Part shown: positions 49,283-61,907 of the stretch, piece by piece
Layout: every line of letters starts with the position of its first letter
Position numbering within the stretch: position 1 is the stretch's first letter
From: Dimargaris cristalligena
Taxonomy: Eukaryota
NCBI GenBank assembly: GCA_003614675.1
Contig: ML002216.1
Coordinates: 1 to 64,000 of the forward strand
DNA: 64,000 nt
Reading direction: 5' to 3'
Made by a program: the position numbers and the translations under genes
The notes under the pieces: model-generated
Told to the model about the DNA's origin: nothing
The model's input: the letters and a program-made list of their open reading frames with translations, nothing else
Databases searched by the model: none

Positions 49283-52200
49283 CTACAACCATTCCCGAAT
49301 TCGGATGGTGCGCATGTCTTTGATATATAGGGATAGGAAGGCCGCGACTAGTGCACAGCAACCGCCGATTCGTAGCAACCACCCGACTGCGTCATTATGG
49401 GAGGTTTCGGGTTGCGCAAAATCAGACGTAGTAGCGGGGGCAAAATAGTTGCCGGTAGTCGCGTACAGAGGGGTGGTGTAGGCGGACGAAGTGGTGTGGT
49501 CCGCCGACTCGGAGTGGGTTGAGGGTGCAGCGTCGCGGAGAAGAGAAAATACCACCGAGGACACGAGACTCATTACAAACTGGGGCAGTACCACATACAT
49601 GTTGTGGATACCCAGGACAATTCCGGCATCAAGTGGAAAGGCGCCGTTATTGGTGTCGGAATTGGTGGTTAGTTCGGGAACCCCCAATGGGTTCGGCCGT
49701 GGTTCGCACCAGTGGGCCGCTGGAAGGGACTGCGCATCCGATCCATCATGAACAATTCCCCCGTCGTTGGACCCGGGGCCAATCGTCTGGGAGTCAAATG
49801 GAAGCGACCGGGCCGAGGAGCGGGATGATCCAACCGCCGGGAGGGTATCGGAGACCGCCACCGACCCAAGCGAATTGAGAAAAAAAGGGGTCGACGTTGG
49901 CTGGTCGGAGCGAATCCCCCCCTGTCGTTGTTGCGGTATGGCGCGGCACATTGACGGGATGCAGGGTATTTCCGCAGGCGGGTGGGGACGACTGGGTTGA
50001 AAGGACCCGATGGGCACTACAAGCTGGGCTTGATGTCGCTCCATCCGATTGAACGGAGTTTAGTTTGGCCACAAACTCACCCACCAGTGCAAAAGGCACC
50101 CACAGAGTGATGGCCCAGGGGATACTGGTCAATACCACCACCACGGTAGCGCCGGTCACATCTTGAACGAAATACGTACTAAAAATCACCACGGCGAAGA
50201 ATATATGGGAGAAGGTGTAGAGTCGTCGCATGGACACCTGGGGTAACCACCGCGTTGCGACGGGGGAGGGCGACTCGTTCACCACTCCGTTGGGGACCGC
50301 GGTGGTAGCTAAAGGCGATGCTGGTAAAAGACCCTGGGTCTCGGTGGTCAGGCCCGACGGTCCCAGGTGGGCGGAGTAGGCAATGCCCTCTTCCTCTTCT
50401 TCTTCGTCCGACTCCACTCGGGCGGGAGCCGCCGAGGGATTGTCACTGACAAACCAGGGCAGAACAATGGAGGCCAGGAACGAAGCCACGGACCATAGGA
50501 AGAGGGCGAATGACCCGGCGCGAGTGGCGCGATCAAAGAATTCGGGATCATCGGCGGGAACACTGCCCCCTGGGTAGCTACGGGTGATGACTTCCACGAC
50601 CCAAGTGGTGCTGTAGAAAAGCACGGGGAACCAGCCCATCCAGGCGAAAAACTGGACGTTACACACCTGCTGGAGGGGCAGGGGCAGTCGCCAGAAGGCC
50701 CGGATAATATTGGTGGTGATTTGCCGTAGCGAGGGTGGGGCATGATGTCCCCGGGGGCGGCCCTCCGCGCGCTCGGACAGCTGGCTTCTACTACTGGTGT
50801 CGTCATTGACTTTATCGTCGGCGAAAAGGGGCTTCTCGTGGGTGGTGAGGCAGGTCACGCTAACGGCCCCGCTAAATACCATGATGCCGATAATACAGAG
50901 TACCTGCATCTGGGACTTGCCTAAAAAGGGGAAGAGCTCGACTAGGTTGATGAAGCCCATGAAATAGCCCAGGGAGCTGCCAAACATGAGCATACGGCCC
51001 GAGTACGCGTTGGCGGCATCCTGCTGCGCCAGGGGAGCAATATCCAGGACTAGGGCCCGGAGACATGCCTGGACGGCGTTTATAGAAAAGTCGAGAACAT
51101 AGAAGCCCACAACGGCCAGGAGAATTGCGGTGTTGGTGATCTAGAAAGTGGGTCATGAAGATATCGAATGGAGTTTAAAGAAGAGAAACAAGCGGAGGGA
51201 CTTAGTTAGATAGGCCACGTCAGCAAATGGAAGGAAATATATGGGACCAGAGCTAGACTCAACGAAAGGCATTCAATATCCCGTAGACATAAGCCACAAT
51301 AGATAGGCTGTATAGTCCCTCCCCTAGTATATACTAAGCCGGTGCGCACTTACTTTCTTGGCTACGCCCGAGTCTGTCATATCCCAGCCAAGCACTGATA
51401 TCCCAATGAGCCGGGAAATCTCCTGAGCGTAGGCAATGATAATGATGGAGAGAACCACCAACACGCTGCCGGTTATTACATAGGGGCGGCGGCGACCCAT
51501 TGGGGAGGTGTTCCGGTCACTCAGTGCCCCGATCAGGGGCTGAATGATGAAGCCTAAAATGGTGGAATAAGGAGGATGTAGTTTGAACAATGAATATTAA
51601 AAGGAGGCCAGGGGTGGTTTTGTGTTTTTAATGGACGACTATAATGGAAGCCAAAATAGCAGGGAATGTGAGAAGACTTACCAGACAGAGGACCTGCCAG
51701 CCATACTAAGGAAAGCAGCGGCTTCGAAATACCGAGCGCCAATAAATACGGTGAGCCGTATCTAGAAGCGGTTAAGAAATATAATGAATTTATCCAATCC
51801 AGAGTTTAGTTAGAGAAGGGATGACGTATATACTAGCCAATGGGAATGAGCTGGGGAACCTGCCTCGGAAAAAACTCGGAACCCAAGGTCCGGGAGGAGA
51901 AGAAACGGCGACACCATGGGCTATTTCAGCCCTACTTACCCTAATTCAACCGACCCTAGTGATACATGTTCCGGAAATTAAGAGAATGGCAATAAAGTAT
52001 GAGGAAGAGGAGGTGGTGGTGGCGGGAGGTGAGTTCGGGGTGCATGCTTAATAGCAGGGCCAAGAGGAATGCGCCCCTCTAATGGTAACGTTCTGCCTAC
52101 TTTCTGGTTACAAAGTACCTCTGACAGACACCGGTTTCACTTACAAGTAAATTGCAGCCCGGCCAGGGCAATGTTGAGTTTGAAAAGGCCCCAAGCGGAC

Positions 52201-52427
52201 AAGGGTTCCAGAGGCTGGTCGAGGGCGCTCTCGGATAAACGGGTAGGGGAGCGGGCGGGGGGAGTGGGAAAGGTCTGGACCGAGCCATAGTAGGCGACAT
52301 GTTCGGGAGGGTCCTCCCCCGGGTAGTAGTGGGCGGAGCCGCTGCTGCCTTTAGGGGACGGGGCTCCTCTTCCCTTGCCGGGGGCTACCACCGGCCTTCT
52401 GGGCAGCGGAGGTGAGTCGGCGGCCAT
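49283..52427 (-). CDS. GPH/SUT1 (SLC45-like) sucrose/alpha-glucoside transporter; exons 52427-52145, 51955-51940, 51761-51682, 51553-51354, 51140-49283, with an apparent frameshift near 49880-49922
   Basis: [94 protein letters not shown], and AGIVLGIHNMYVVLPQ in the second frame. Confidence 0.9.
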
Positions 52428-53805
52428 GGAGCAACGACCACTGGAGAATAAGAGTCGCCCGTGGGCCAAACGAGGAGGGGGATAAGGGTTAGGAAATGGA
52501 GAGTAGACACGGCAGGCCAAGTGAGCCGGAGCTGCGAGGAATGCCGGTTGTGGGGGAAAGAGGGACGCCGAGACAGGTAAGAAGGTATGGGAATGGGAAT
52601 GGGAAAAGAGAGAGAGAGAGAGTCTGGACGAAAGGCCTGGGTTATGTGACTAGTAGGCCCGCGACAACCTAATAACTACTAAAGATATTTAAAGCAGCTC
52701 TAAAGAAAAGGATAAAGAGAAGCGGAAATAAGGAGGAATAGGAAGATACATGAGTAAATGTATGTATTAAGCAAAGTAGACACGCTAATATAGGCACAGT
52801 GCAACAAACAGGCGGTGGTGGTAATATAATTATTAAAGCAATCCTTACTATATGTCTAAAATTAAGGCGGCGGCGCAGAGCATTAGTTTTATGGGTGAGA
52901 CGGAGGGACGAAAGGGGGAAGGCGTGCGTGAGAAGGGGACGGGCCAATCCAAGCTCTTACTCTACTTGGTGGCGGCCACAACCCACCCACTACTACCCAC
53001 TTTCTATACTGTAATTCCAACCAACTTCATTCGCATGGCGTGTTGTGCCACTTGGTGCAGAATACATCCTACTTTACTTACTTGCCTTCCCAGTAGTGGT
53101 GGGGATTTTACGAGCCTGGGAGACACAACACAGCTATTACTATTACTAAATTACTATAATTATAATTACTTCCTCTTCCTCTATTGCGGGAGCAGCTGTT
53201 GTTCGCCTGACTTTCTTCCCGCAGCTGGCCATGTACTTACTTCCCAAAGAAGCAGCCAGCTCTATAATAACCGAGAACCTCCGCTCACTGCAATTAAATA
53301 ATTCTCTACATCTACGTATCTATTTCGATTTCTACTACCATTCCCGCAACTAATTGCTGGTACATTAATGGGCAGCAACCGCGATTGGTCACCCGCTATT
53401 AAACTGGCAGTCACGCTGCACGCCTACTCCGCCTTGACCTGCCCGCAACCTATCTTCGTTGCATTTGACGCGTCAGCCGACCTACCTACCCCCTTCCTTC
53501 CTCTCCCCCGTATTCTCCCGCTTCTTCTTGAGCCAAACCAGGCGACCGTCGGCCTATTTACCCTGCCTTTTGATACGGGTCCGCCTACACCCACCAATAG
53601 ACCACCACCATCCGTGAAGCAACCCTCCTGCCGCCTCTTTTATATAATTTGTTTGTTGTTTATTGAGCTGGATTAATCATACCTCTTTCAATGGCTAAAT
53701 TTTACGAGCAATAGCCAAAATGTAGGGAGGGTTTGACAAGTAGTAAGTTAACTAGTAAACGGGCAAACAACAGGCACTCCTTCTCGTGCTCCTTCAGTTT
53801 AGCTC

Positions 53806-56800
53806 TCAGGCCAGTTGGAGACCGAATACCGACTCAAACATACGACTAATCGGGGCCCGGAAATCATTGTACACCACATTGACTAGCCAGATATCCTCCG
53901 AAGTGGCCCGCAGAAACCGCTCGGTGGCGGAGCCAGGTGGGGAGAGCTTGGCCCATTCATCCCAGATCTGGAAGGCCTCGTCCTATTTTTATACATGTAG
54001 AGGTATAGATGTAGATGGGTATTAAACACGCAATCAGAGGCCGAATGTATTATCTTCTATATTAATATCGTCCCAAAACCACGACCATACTGTCGACCCA
54101 GGCATGCAGCACAGTTGGTAATTGCCACCTGTAAAGTGTTACCAACCCAACGCACAAAACGGAATCCCCACAGCCACTTATACTTAAAAGGAGGGGGTGT
54201 GGTCACCACTACCTTCTCGGGAACAGGAGCTCCATTGACCCATGAGACCACCCCCGCCCACACAGACCAGCGGCAGCATCCCAATCCAATCCACAGCGCT
54301 TGTATATTCCATCGCAACCCCCCCCCCCACACTCACATTTTCCATTGAACAAATCTAATCATCTCGGACGCATCGCCGCCATACGAAAAATGGAAAACGT
54401 AATAAGGGGATACCTTCCCCCCTGCCAACCCTTCTGTCTTCAACCACCGCCGTATGACAAGAACCATCGGACCCACACCATTCACGGGAGGTAAAACCCC
54501 ATCACACATAGACCGTATATATAATAATACCCTAACCACATAAACAACTCCGCTTCAACTGAACTTACCTTCCACGCTAAAAACCCGTCCCGGTCGACCA
54601 TGGAAGCCTGTACCACCTCCCTACCCGGGAAAATGCCCCAAGTGACGGCATTGGCCATATTAGCGTTCCCGTCGTCCCCACTGGCGGCGTCAGCTGATTC
54701 TGCCGCTGCCGCGGAGGGGAGAAGGAGGGGGGGCGCAAACGATGACTCAAACTCGCCCCGTTTATTGCCCGCCAGGAACGTGATCCAGGGGTCGTTCTGG
54801 AATTGGGTCTGTTGCAAGGTTCGGTAGTCGGTGGCCGAAATAAAAAACTCCACAAAGGGTTTTTGGTATACCAGACCCCCGGGCGGTCCCCAGCCTACGG
54901 CGGGGTCGGCACTGGGTTGGCCGTCGACGGGGGGCTGGCTGGCGATGGTCAAAATGGACCGTTCGGTAATAAGCTGGAGCAATCCCCGTTGGATTGCTGA
55001 AGTCTCGGGGCGAATGGTTTCGAACAGTGACCAGGGTAGGCAGGGAGGAGCGGCTGATTCCGGTAAGGGGGCCGCCCTAGTATGGACATGGGCAGTGGCC
55101 GCGGCTGAGGGCTCGGGGGGTCCCTGCATAAAGCGCGCAAACAGGGATGTGAGATCCGCCAGCTGGGTCGGGCGGCCCCACCACGAGGTCGCCTGCCGCC
55201 CGGTAATCGGGAGCACACTGCCTCCATACGCCGAGTACTCCCCGTAGGCGGGGGAGCTGGAATCCCCCCAGCGGCCGTTGGGAAACTCATCCCAGGTTGT
55301 GACGATCCCAACGCTATCCTTCCCTTGGTTCCTGGACGACACCGGCATATTGATCATCTCGCCCACTAGGGCTGAATCATTCGAAGCAGCTGGTCGTCCC
55401 TCCCCGGTGACCAGCTGAATGCGCGCATCACTCGTGACTAGGGCCCGCGCCCGCGATGCACTCTCGGCGGCAGCACCACCACCACCCCCTGTGGCAGGAG
55501 TAACCCCGTTCAAAACGGACGGTAAACATTGCTCGGGCACAATGACCCGATTGGTGGGACCATTAAGGCCTGTTGGAGTCACCCCACGTAGCTCCGCGAT
55601 AATCCGGCTAACAGAGGATTCTAGATTGAGGGTAGTCATGTGGAAGTGGTCTAGACGCAGTTCGCGGTGCAGTGTGCGGATCAAGTTCAAGGCCAGCTGT
55701 TCGCCGTAGGCCTTGACTGCGCTATCGTCCAGCTGGATGGGTGCGAGATCACTAAGGACTGAGGCGGGAACGTGGACTTGGCAGAGCTGGGCTATCCGGC
55801 GGAAACTCTGGTACTGCTGAATTGGTAGAATGTTGGGAATGATGGGAACGCTAATGTCTGGAAGTTGGTAATAGCGGTAAGTAAATTATAAGGGGCCCAA
55901 AAGACGGATGCGTTTAGACCCAGGAATCAAATTATTCGAGTGGCCTCTATAGAGCCGGGAAGCCCAGATAACATCACCCCTACGTGGCATGACCAGTTTG
56001 ATTAGGCATTTACAGCGGTATCTTCTCTCCCTCCTGCCCACCCGAGTATTCGAACTTACCCTTGCTCCGACTCGCCCGGTACCAGTCGATAAAGCGCTGC
56101 GCATCAAAGAACATTTGGGTGATTATGAAATCGGCCCCCGCATCGACCTTTTCCTTGAGGTACTGCAGCTCCACCTCCGAGGGAGATACTGTAGCACCGT
56201 CGCCGAAGGAATGGGAGAGGGGTGAGGCATTTGCCAGGGTCATGGATGCATCGGGATGGCCTTCGGGGTATGCCGCCACGCCGATGCAAAAATAGTCACC
56301 GTAGGTTTGACGAATATACTTGACGAGGTCCACGGCATGCACCAGAGGCCCTACTAAATCGGCACTGGATGCCGACCCGTCTTCCTGGGTAGGGATGGTT
56401 GACCGCGGGGCATCTCCCCGTAAGGCTAGAATATTACGGATGCCGATGGTCTTGGCTGCAGCGAGGGCCTGGTCGAGTGCCGTGCGGTCCATATTGGTAC
56501 ACGTAAGATGCATCAAAACATCGACTCCCTGGATATCCTGAATCAACTGGCATAGCTCGAGGCTGCGCTCGGCGGTGCTGCCTCCCGCGCCCCAGGTCAC
56601 GCCCACAAAAGTCGGACGAAGACTGGCCATGCGGGTTACCCGGGCCGAGAGGTTAGCAAGACCCTATAGATACGGGAAGTCGGTGCCATAGCAATGGCAA
56701 TGGTACCACCAGTAGCCAAAATAGGGTAGGTTAGCAATGGGTATAATAGGGTGTATAAAAGGGCGTTTCCGTCTATTGGTCGCCGGGAAGCACACAGGTC

Positions 56801-56986
56801 GGCCTGGGAGGAGCCAGTAGTGACCGTCCTGCGGTCCAATACTCCAATCGGGAGTGCGACAGGCCCGAGGGGAAAGGCCCCACTAAAATAACCTACCTGG
56901 TCGGTTTTGGGAGGGAAGAACTCGAAGGAAAAGGCAAATTCAGAGCCCCCCGTCTGGGGAGCCTGCTTCATGTCGGTAATCTTCAT
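53806..56986 (-). CDS. Methylenetetrahydrofolate reductase (Met12/Met13 family, Met12-like); exons 56986-56897, 56663-56060, 55857-54569, 53982-53806
   Basis: FSFEFFPPKT, VTWGAGGST, MHLTCTNM, NILALRGD, GVAAYPEGHP, KVDAGADFIITQMFFD, WDEFPNGRWGDSSSPAYGE, NAVTWGIFPGRE, FLAWK|DEAF. Confidence 0.95.
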
Positions 56987-57401
56987 GGTTAATGGGAGGA
57001 ACTAATTAAGGGGAAGAGGTTGTGGTAGCCGGGGTGGGCTTCAGAGAAGGTCAAACAACAGTCGCTGAGTGAATTAGTAGTGGGTGGAAGTAAAGGATAG
57101 TAGAACGAAGTGAAGTGAAGTAAAGTAAAGTAAAGTAAATATAAGTAAGATAAGAAGGTATGGACTACGTTTAAGCTAAAAGAAGCCGACTAAGCCAAGT
57201 GGTGGGTGGAATAGGAAAGGAGAAAAGGGGCCGTCGTGTATGGAACGGGTCCACCACCAGTCGTCGTAGCTCTAGGGTTAAGGAGGGAGGGGAAGGGGAT
57301 ATGATGCCTTCTTAACTGGGATAAGGAGCCCGCAACGCGCTTTGAGGTCGTCACGAAGCAGGGGCAGCACTGGTCCCTAGTACTTGTTCGTATCAGGGCA
57401 G

Positions 57402-57408
57402 TGAGTCA
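57402..57408. promoter_or_regulatory. Candidate Gcn4/AP-1-type site (TGAGTCA) upstream of MTHFR
   Basis: Exact heptamer about 420 bp upstream of the MTHFR ATG. Confidence 0.3.
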
Positions 57409-58569
57409 CAACGACTCCCCGCACACTCGGCCGGATCATTACTATCCATTCAGCCCACTAGGAGGGCTAGCTAGCCAGCGCCGTATGCAAATGGGGATTG
57501 ACGGGTTAGTTTAGTATCGCAATCCCTTCCTTGGAGTCGGGTTGGCCGGTGTAGTGCAGTGTGCAGTGTAGTGAATATTAGCGTGAGGGAATATATAGAT
57601 AGCCCCTCTCCTCTCGCTGGATTCCGGGTAAGAAGCAGTACTACTACTGGTGGAACGGGCCACATAAATGCCCGATAGCCATAGCTAGTGTGTAATAAAA
57701 AAAGGCTTCGCTAAGGTCATTCCGCACTGAAAACGAAGCGCGTCGGGATTTATCAAGTACGCTACCGGGGCTCTGGGCATACGTGATTGGCAATTCTATA
57801 GTATTAATAGACTGAGGCTGGGGGGGCTATCCAGTAGTGTATATCTCATTTGTAATCGAACCTCTCCTCTCCCGGCCGACTCTGCGATGGCATTAGCATG
57901 ACGTGGCCGAGCCTCGTGCCGTCTCCTCCCAGTCGGGAAACCAACCGCCGAGGCCCCTGCCTGGACTGCTTAGAATGAGGGAATTGGCCCGCCGAGATTC
58001 TTCTGCCCATCCACACCCCTGGAGAGACTCGGTTAGATAGAGCTATACCGGCCGACCGGGTCATCTCTAACCTTAACCAGCCGCTCCTCGCTTCTAGCCT
58101 TTTTTTCTCTTATATCTTGTACCCGTCCACGTCACAACAGTTCCGGTCGCTTAATCTCCGAAGCAGCCAAGTCGAGCCGAGAAGTCTTCTCCTCCCGCCT
58201 TTTCGTTTGTACAGTCTTCCACCCCGCCGAAGCCTTTACCCTGCTGCTTGAACTCTATCCAGCTAATCCACATAGTCTTTCATTCCCAACCCTGAATTCC
58301 CCCCCCTTCTTCTTTTCTCCCTTTTCTCTACTCAACACCTTGACTTGCTTGGCTTAGAGGGCCTATTAAACTCCCCTGACTTGTTCTCCTATTCTTTACT
58401 TCGAGTTCCACAACTCCGTACCTCTCTCCCTTTCACTCACTCACTCAGCCTCCTCCGGGTCCATCTGACCTCCCGACCCCCGTTAAACCACTACTATCCG
58501 ACTTCCCCTCCCGCACCTATTCGACCTATACTTCGTTGACTTGCTCTATTTTACCTAACTGTCATAATC

Positions 58570-59832
58570 ATGTCGTCGTTAGCGCGATCGAACGCGACCA
58601 ACCAGCGCCGGCGACCCATGATAACACGTCTCCGCATTCCACAGGGCGAGGCCCCCGCCACCACCACCGCCGTTGAGTCCGTAGCCAGTTCAGTCCAGCA
58701 CGGCCATTTCGTCCCTTCCTCAAGCTCACTTATGCCTCCACCGACCATCGACACCTCCGCCGCCGGCCTCAATAGTAATAATAGCAATAGCAATAATAAT
58801 AATAATAATAGTAGTAGTAGTAGTAGTATATCCTCCACTGCCCCCATGAACAATGTGCTGGAATATTCCCGGTACCTATCCAATAGTGACAACCTCCGCC
58901 GCCCCGCCCGCCGGTCCAACGGTGCCGATGGTTCCGACGAGTCCGATTCCCTAACCCCGTTTCTGGACATCAAGGCCGAGAACATCGAATTCGGGACCCG
59001 CCTCGGCGAAGGGTCCATGGGTACCGTCTACAAGGCCGTCTTCCGGCCGACCCAGCTCGTACTGGCCGTCAAAACCATGGTGGTGGACCCGGATCCCGCC
59101 GTCCACAAGCAAATCATCCGCGAATTGTCGTTTCTGCGTACCTGCCAGTCCGACTACATCGTCTCCTACTACGGCACTTTCTTCGACGAGGACCAGTCGT
59201 CCATCGCCATGTGTATCGAATACTGCGACGGCGGTAGCCTCGACGCCATCTACAAGCGCATCCGGGACCGCCAGGCCCGCATTGGCGAAGGCGTGCTGGG
59301 CAAAATCGCCGAGTCGGTCCTGCACGGGTTCGTCTATCTCCACGACCACCGCATCATCCACCGGGACGTCAAACCCTCCAACATTCTGGTCACCGGAACC
59401 GGCCAGATCAAACTATGCGATTTCGGCGTGAGTGGCGAACTCGTCAATTCCATGGCCCAAACCTTTGTGGGTACCGGCCACTACATGGCCCCCGAACGCA
59501 TCCAGGGCGGCGGCTACGCCGTCCAGTCCGACGTCTGGTCCCTGGGGGTCTCATTGGTCGAAATCGCCCAGAACCGCTTCCCGTTCCCCCCGCCCGGGCA
59601 CCCCCCGTTGGCCTTCATTGAACTCGTTGATTACATTGTGCGCATGCCCCAGCCCGAACTGACCGAGGCCGACGGGTGGTCCGCCGAATGTTGCCACTTT
59701 GTCTCCGTCTGTCTCATCAAGGACCCCAGTCGGCGCCCCTCCCCTCGTGAAATGCTCCTCCACCCGTTCATTGTGCGGACCGAAGCCGCGAATATCGACC
59801 TCAAGCGCTGGATAGGCGAAGTATGGGCTTAA
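58570..59832 (+). CDS. MAP kinase kinase, Mkk1/Pek1 (cell-wall-integrity) type
   Basis: N-terminal D-site RRRPMITRLRI, LGEGSMGTV, KQIIRELSF, GGSLDAIYK, IGEGVLGKIAESVL, HRDVKPSNIL, DFGVSGELVNSMAQTFVGT. Confidence 0.9.
   Translation: MSSLARSNATNQRRRPMITRLRIPQGEAPATTTAVESVASSVQHGHFVPSSSSLMPPPTIDTSAAGLNSNNSNSNNNNNNSSSSSSISSTAPMNNVLEYSRYLSNSDNLRRPARRSNGADGSDESDSLTPFLDIKAENIEFGTRLGEGSMGTVYKAVFRPTQLVLAVKTMVVDPDPAVHKQIIRELSFLRTCQSDYIVSYYGTFFDEDQSSIAMCIEYCDGGSLDAIYKRIRDRQARIGEGVLGKIAESVLHGFVYLHDHRIIHRDVKPSNILVTGTGQIKLCDFGVSGELVNSMAQTFVGTGHYMAPERIQGGGYAVQSDVWSLGVSLVEIAQNRFPFPPPGHPPLAFIELVDYIVRMPQPELTEADGWSAECCHFVSVCLIKDPSRRPSPREMLLHPFIVRTEAANIDLKRWIGEVWA
58771..58828 (+). repeat. Compound (AAT)n/(AGT)n coding microsatellite encoding a poly-N/poly-S linker
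   Basis: aatagtaataatagcaatagcaataataataataataatagtagtagtagtagtagt inside an otherwise GC-rich CDS. Confidence 0.85.
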
Positions 59833-61907
59833 TGTCCATGTCATATTGCTCGTGGTTCTTTTAAACCTCGTTTTCGTTGCTTATATTCTTTACTCGTTTT
59901 TCTTGTTCTTGTTGCTTAATTCCTATCATGTACCTCTGTGTTGACGACCTCCTCTCTCTCCCCGCTACCATCTTCCCCTTTTCGGTTTATTTTTTTCTTT
60001 GGACTTGGAACCCGCCTTCTGTTCGTACGTTCGCCTACTCATTCATGTGTTGTACACACATATATAGACACACAAACAACCATGTGTACTCCCCCTTCCT
60101 GATGACACCCTTCTACAACCACTTGTGGCCCTGTTTTGCCATACTTCTTTTAATTAATCGACTTCCGAGCATTACCTCCTTTTACTTTTTTTGAAAGTCT
60201 GATTTCCTGTCGGGGATCAAATTCCCTTGGTCAAAGGCTGATTTCATACTACACTGACACTGGACTTAGTTTCTATGTTTCAATTCTGTTTTCCTATTTA
60301 GTAATTGATAGCCTCCGCTGTCCGTATAATATCCCCCCTTTCACGAAGTCGCCGGCAATTCTCCGGCACCCACTCTGCGGCCGACCACGAACATTTACTA
60401 TGCGCGAGAGTATTCGTTAGTTATAATTATACGCCGATGTCCAATATCGTTTCGGGTATTCCTTTTCATTTTCTTATCTCTGTCTGTTTTTATTTTCGGC
60501 ATTTTGGAATTCGATCCACCACGAATATATACATGTTGTCCTTTAGTGCATTATTACCCCCCTCCTCTTCACACCCATACACACACACATATATATATAT
60601 TTACCTCTGACTTTATTACTACTATTCCGACACTATCCTATACTACCTCTATCAGTACCTCTCTCTTACCATCTCTTTACTCGCATCCCCCCACCCCCTT
60701 ATATTATTATTTTGATTTTACTTGGGATATATATGTGTCCATAGTTTTTTTCCTAAACACTAAACACTTTTGTTTATTGCCTCACGTCCTCAACTTCCGC
60801 AAATCGCTTTCCCCCTCACCCCCTCTTCGCTGTCGTTTCATGCCAATTTATTATTAAATGATTTAAGACGCATGCCCCTGTTATCCCAAATTAAATAACT
60901 TCCCTGGCCCTTCATACGACTTCGCCAATTAGCTACATTCCACCCTCATTCAACAATGCTAGCTATTCGCAGCCTAGGCTTATGAGGAGAATGCTTCCAC
61001 CAGTCCGCTATCAGTTTGGCTGAGAATATATATTTATAAATATATAAACAAATCAAAGTGGATCAACAGATTATTATTATTATTATTTAAAAAAAGGAAG
61101 CAGTAAGTAATATTTCTTAGTGGAATCGCTCTCCAGCACCGCGTAATATGGGCGTACAAAGCGAACGGTAAAAACCAAAACCCCGAAAAAGTAGGTCGGT
61201 AGATGGTAACCAAGAGGAAATTGCCCGCCAAACGAAGCCGTTTAATCGAGAAGGTAGTAAAACATGGTACACAGAGGGGGAAAGGGGTGTGATTGCAATT
61301 GGCGTTCGAATTGGGAAGGAATGGTATAAAGTTGGATTCTGAAGGGGGGTTTGTAAGTTCCGTTGATGTTAGAATAAAGAACCCGGTTAGTTACGAGTGA
61401 TTGTGTGTTTTAGCAAGTGCGTTGCTGTTATTTTTTGGTGGTGGCTAAACACTAGGTTAAATGAATGACCCAAACCCCATTTCTAATTTCTTTTTTTTTT
61501 TAAAGAAACGACGGTCAGGCGAGAGGTGGTCAGAGTGATACGGAGTACGGTTGAGGGTAAAAGGTATAGTAGAAAAGGGGAAAATCGCAATAGGAGATGT
61601 AAGTAAAGGGACGCCGGTCGGGGAAATGGACGGGTCAAGCCCCAGGAACAACAGTAGATAATGGGAGGGATGCGGTCGGCAGGTGGCAATGTCGAAGGCC
61701 GAAGTAGAATAAAAGTAAAACGGGACGAAAGTTGAGAGTGATAGATAGCGAGTAGTAGAAAAAGTAATATCAGAAACGCATCAGGCCAGGAGCATGGTAG
61801 AGACAATCGCCAAATTGGCGCAAAAATTTACATAGAAGTACCATTCACGCCAAAAAGTGGCTTGGATAGAAAGGCAGTGGGTCGAATGGGAAGAGGGCTA
61901 TCATCAC

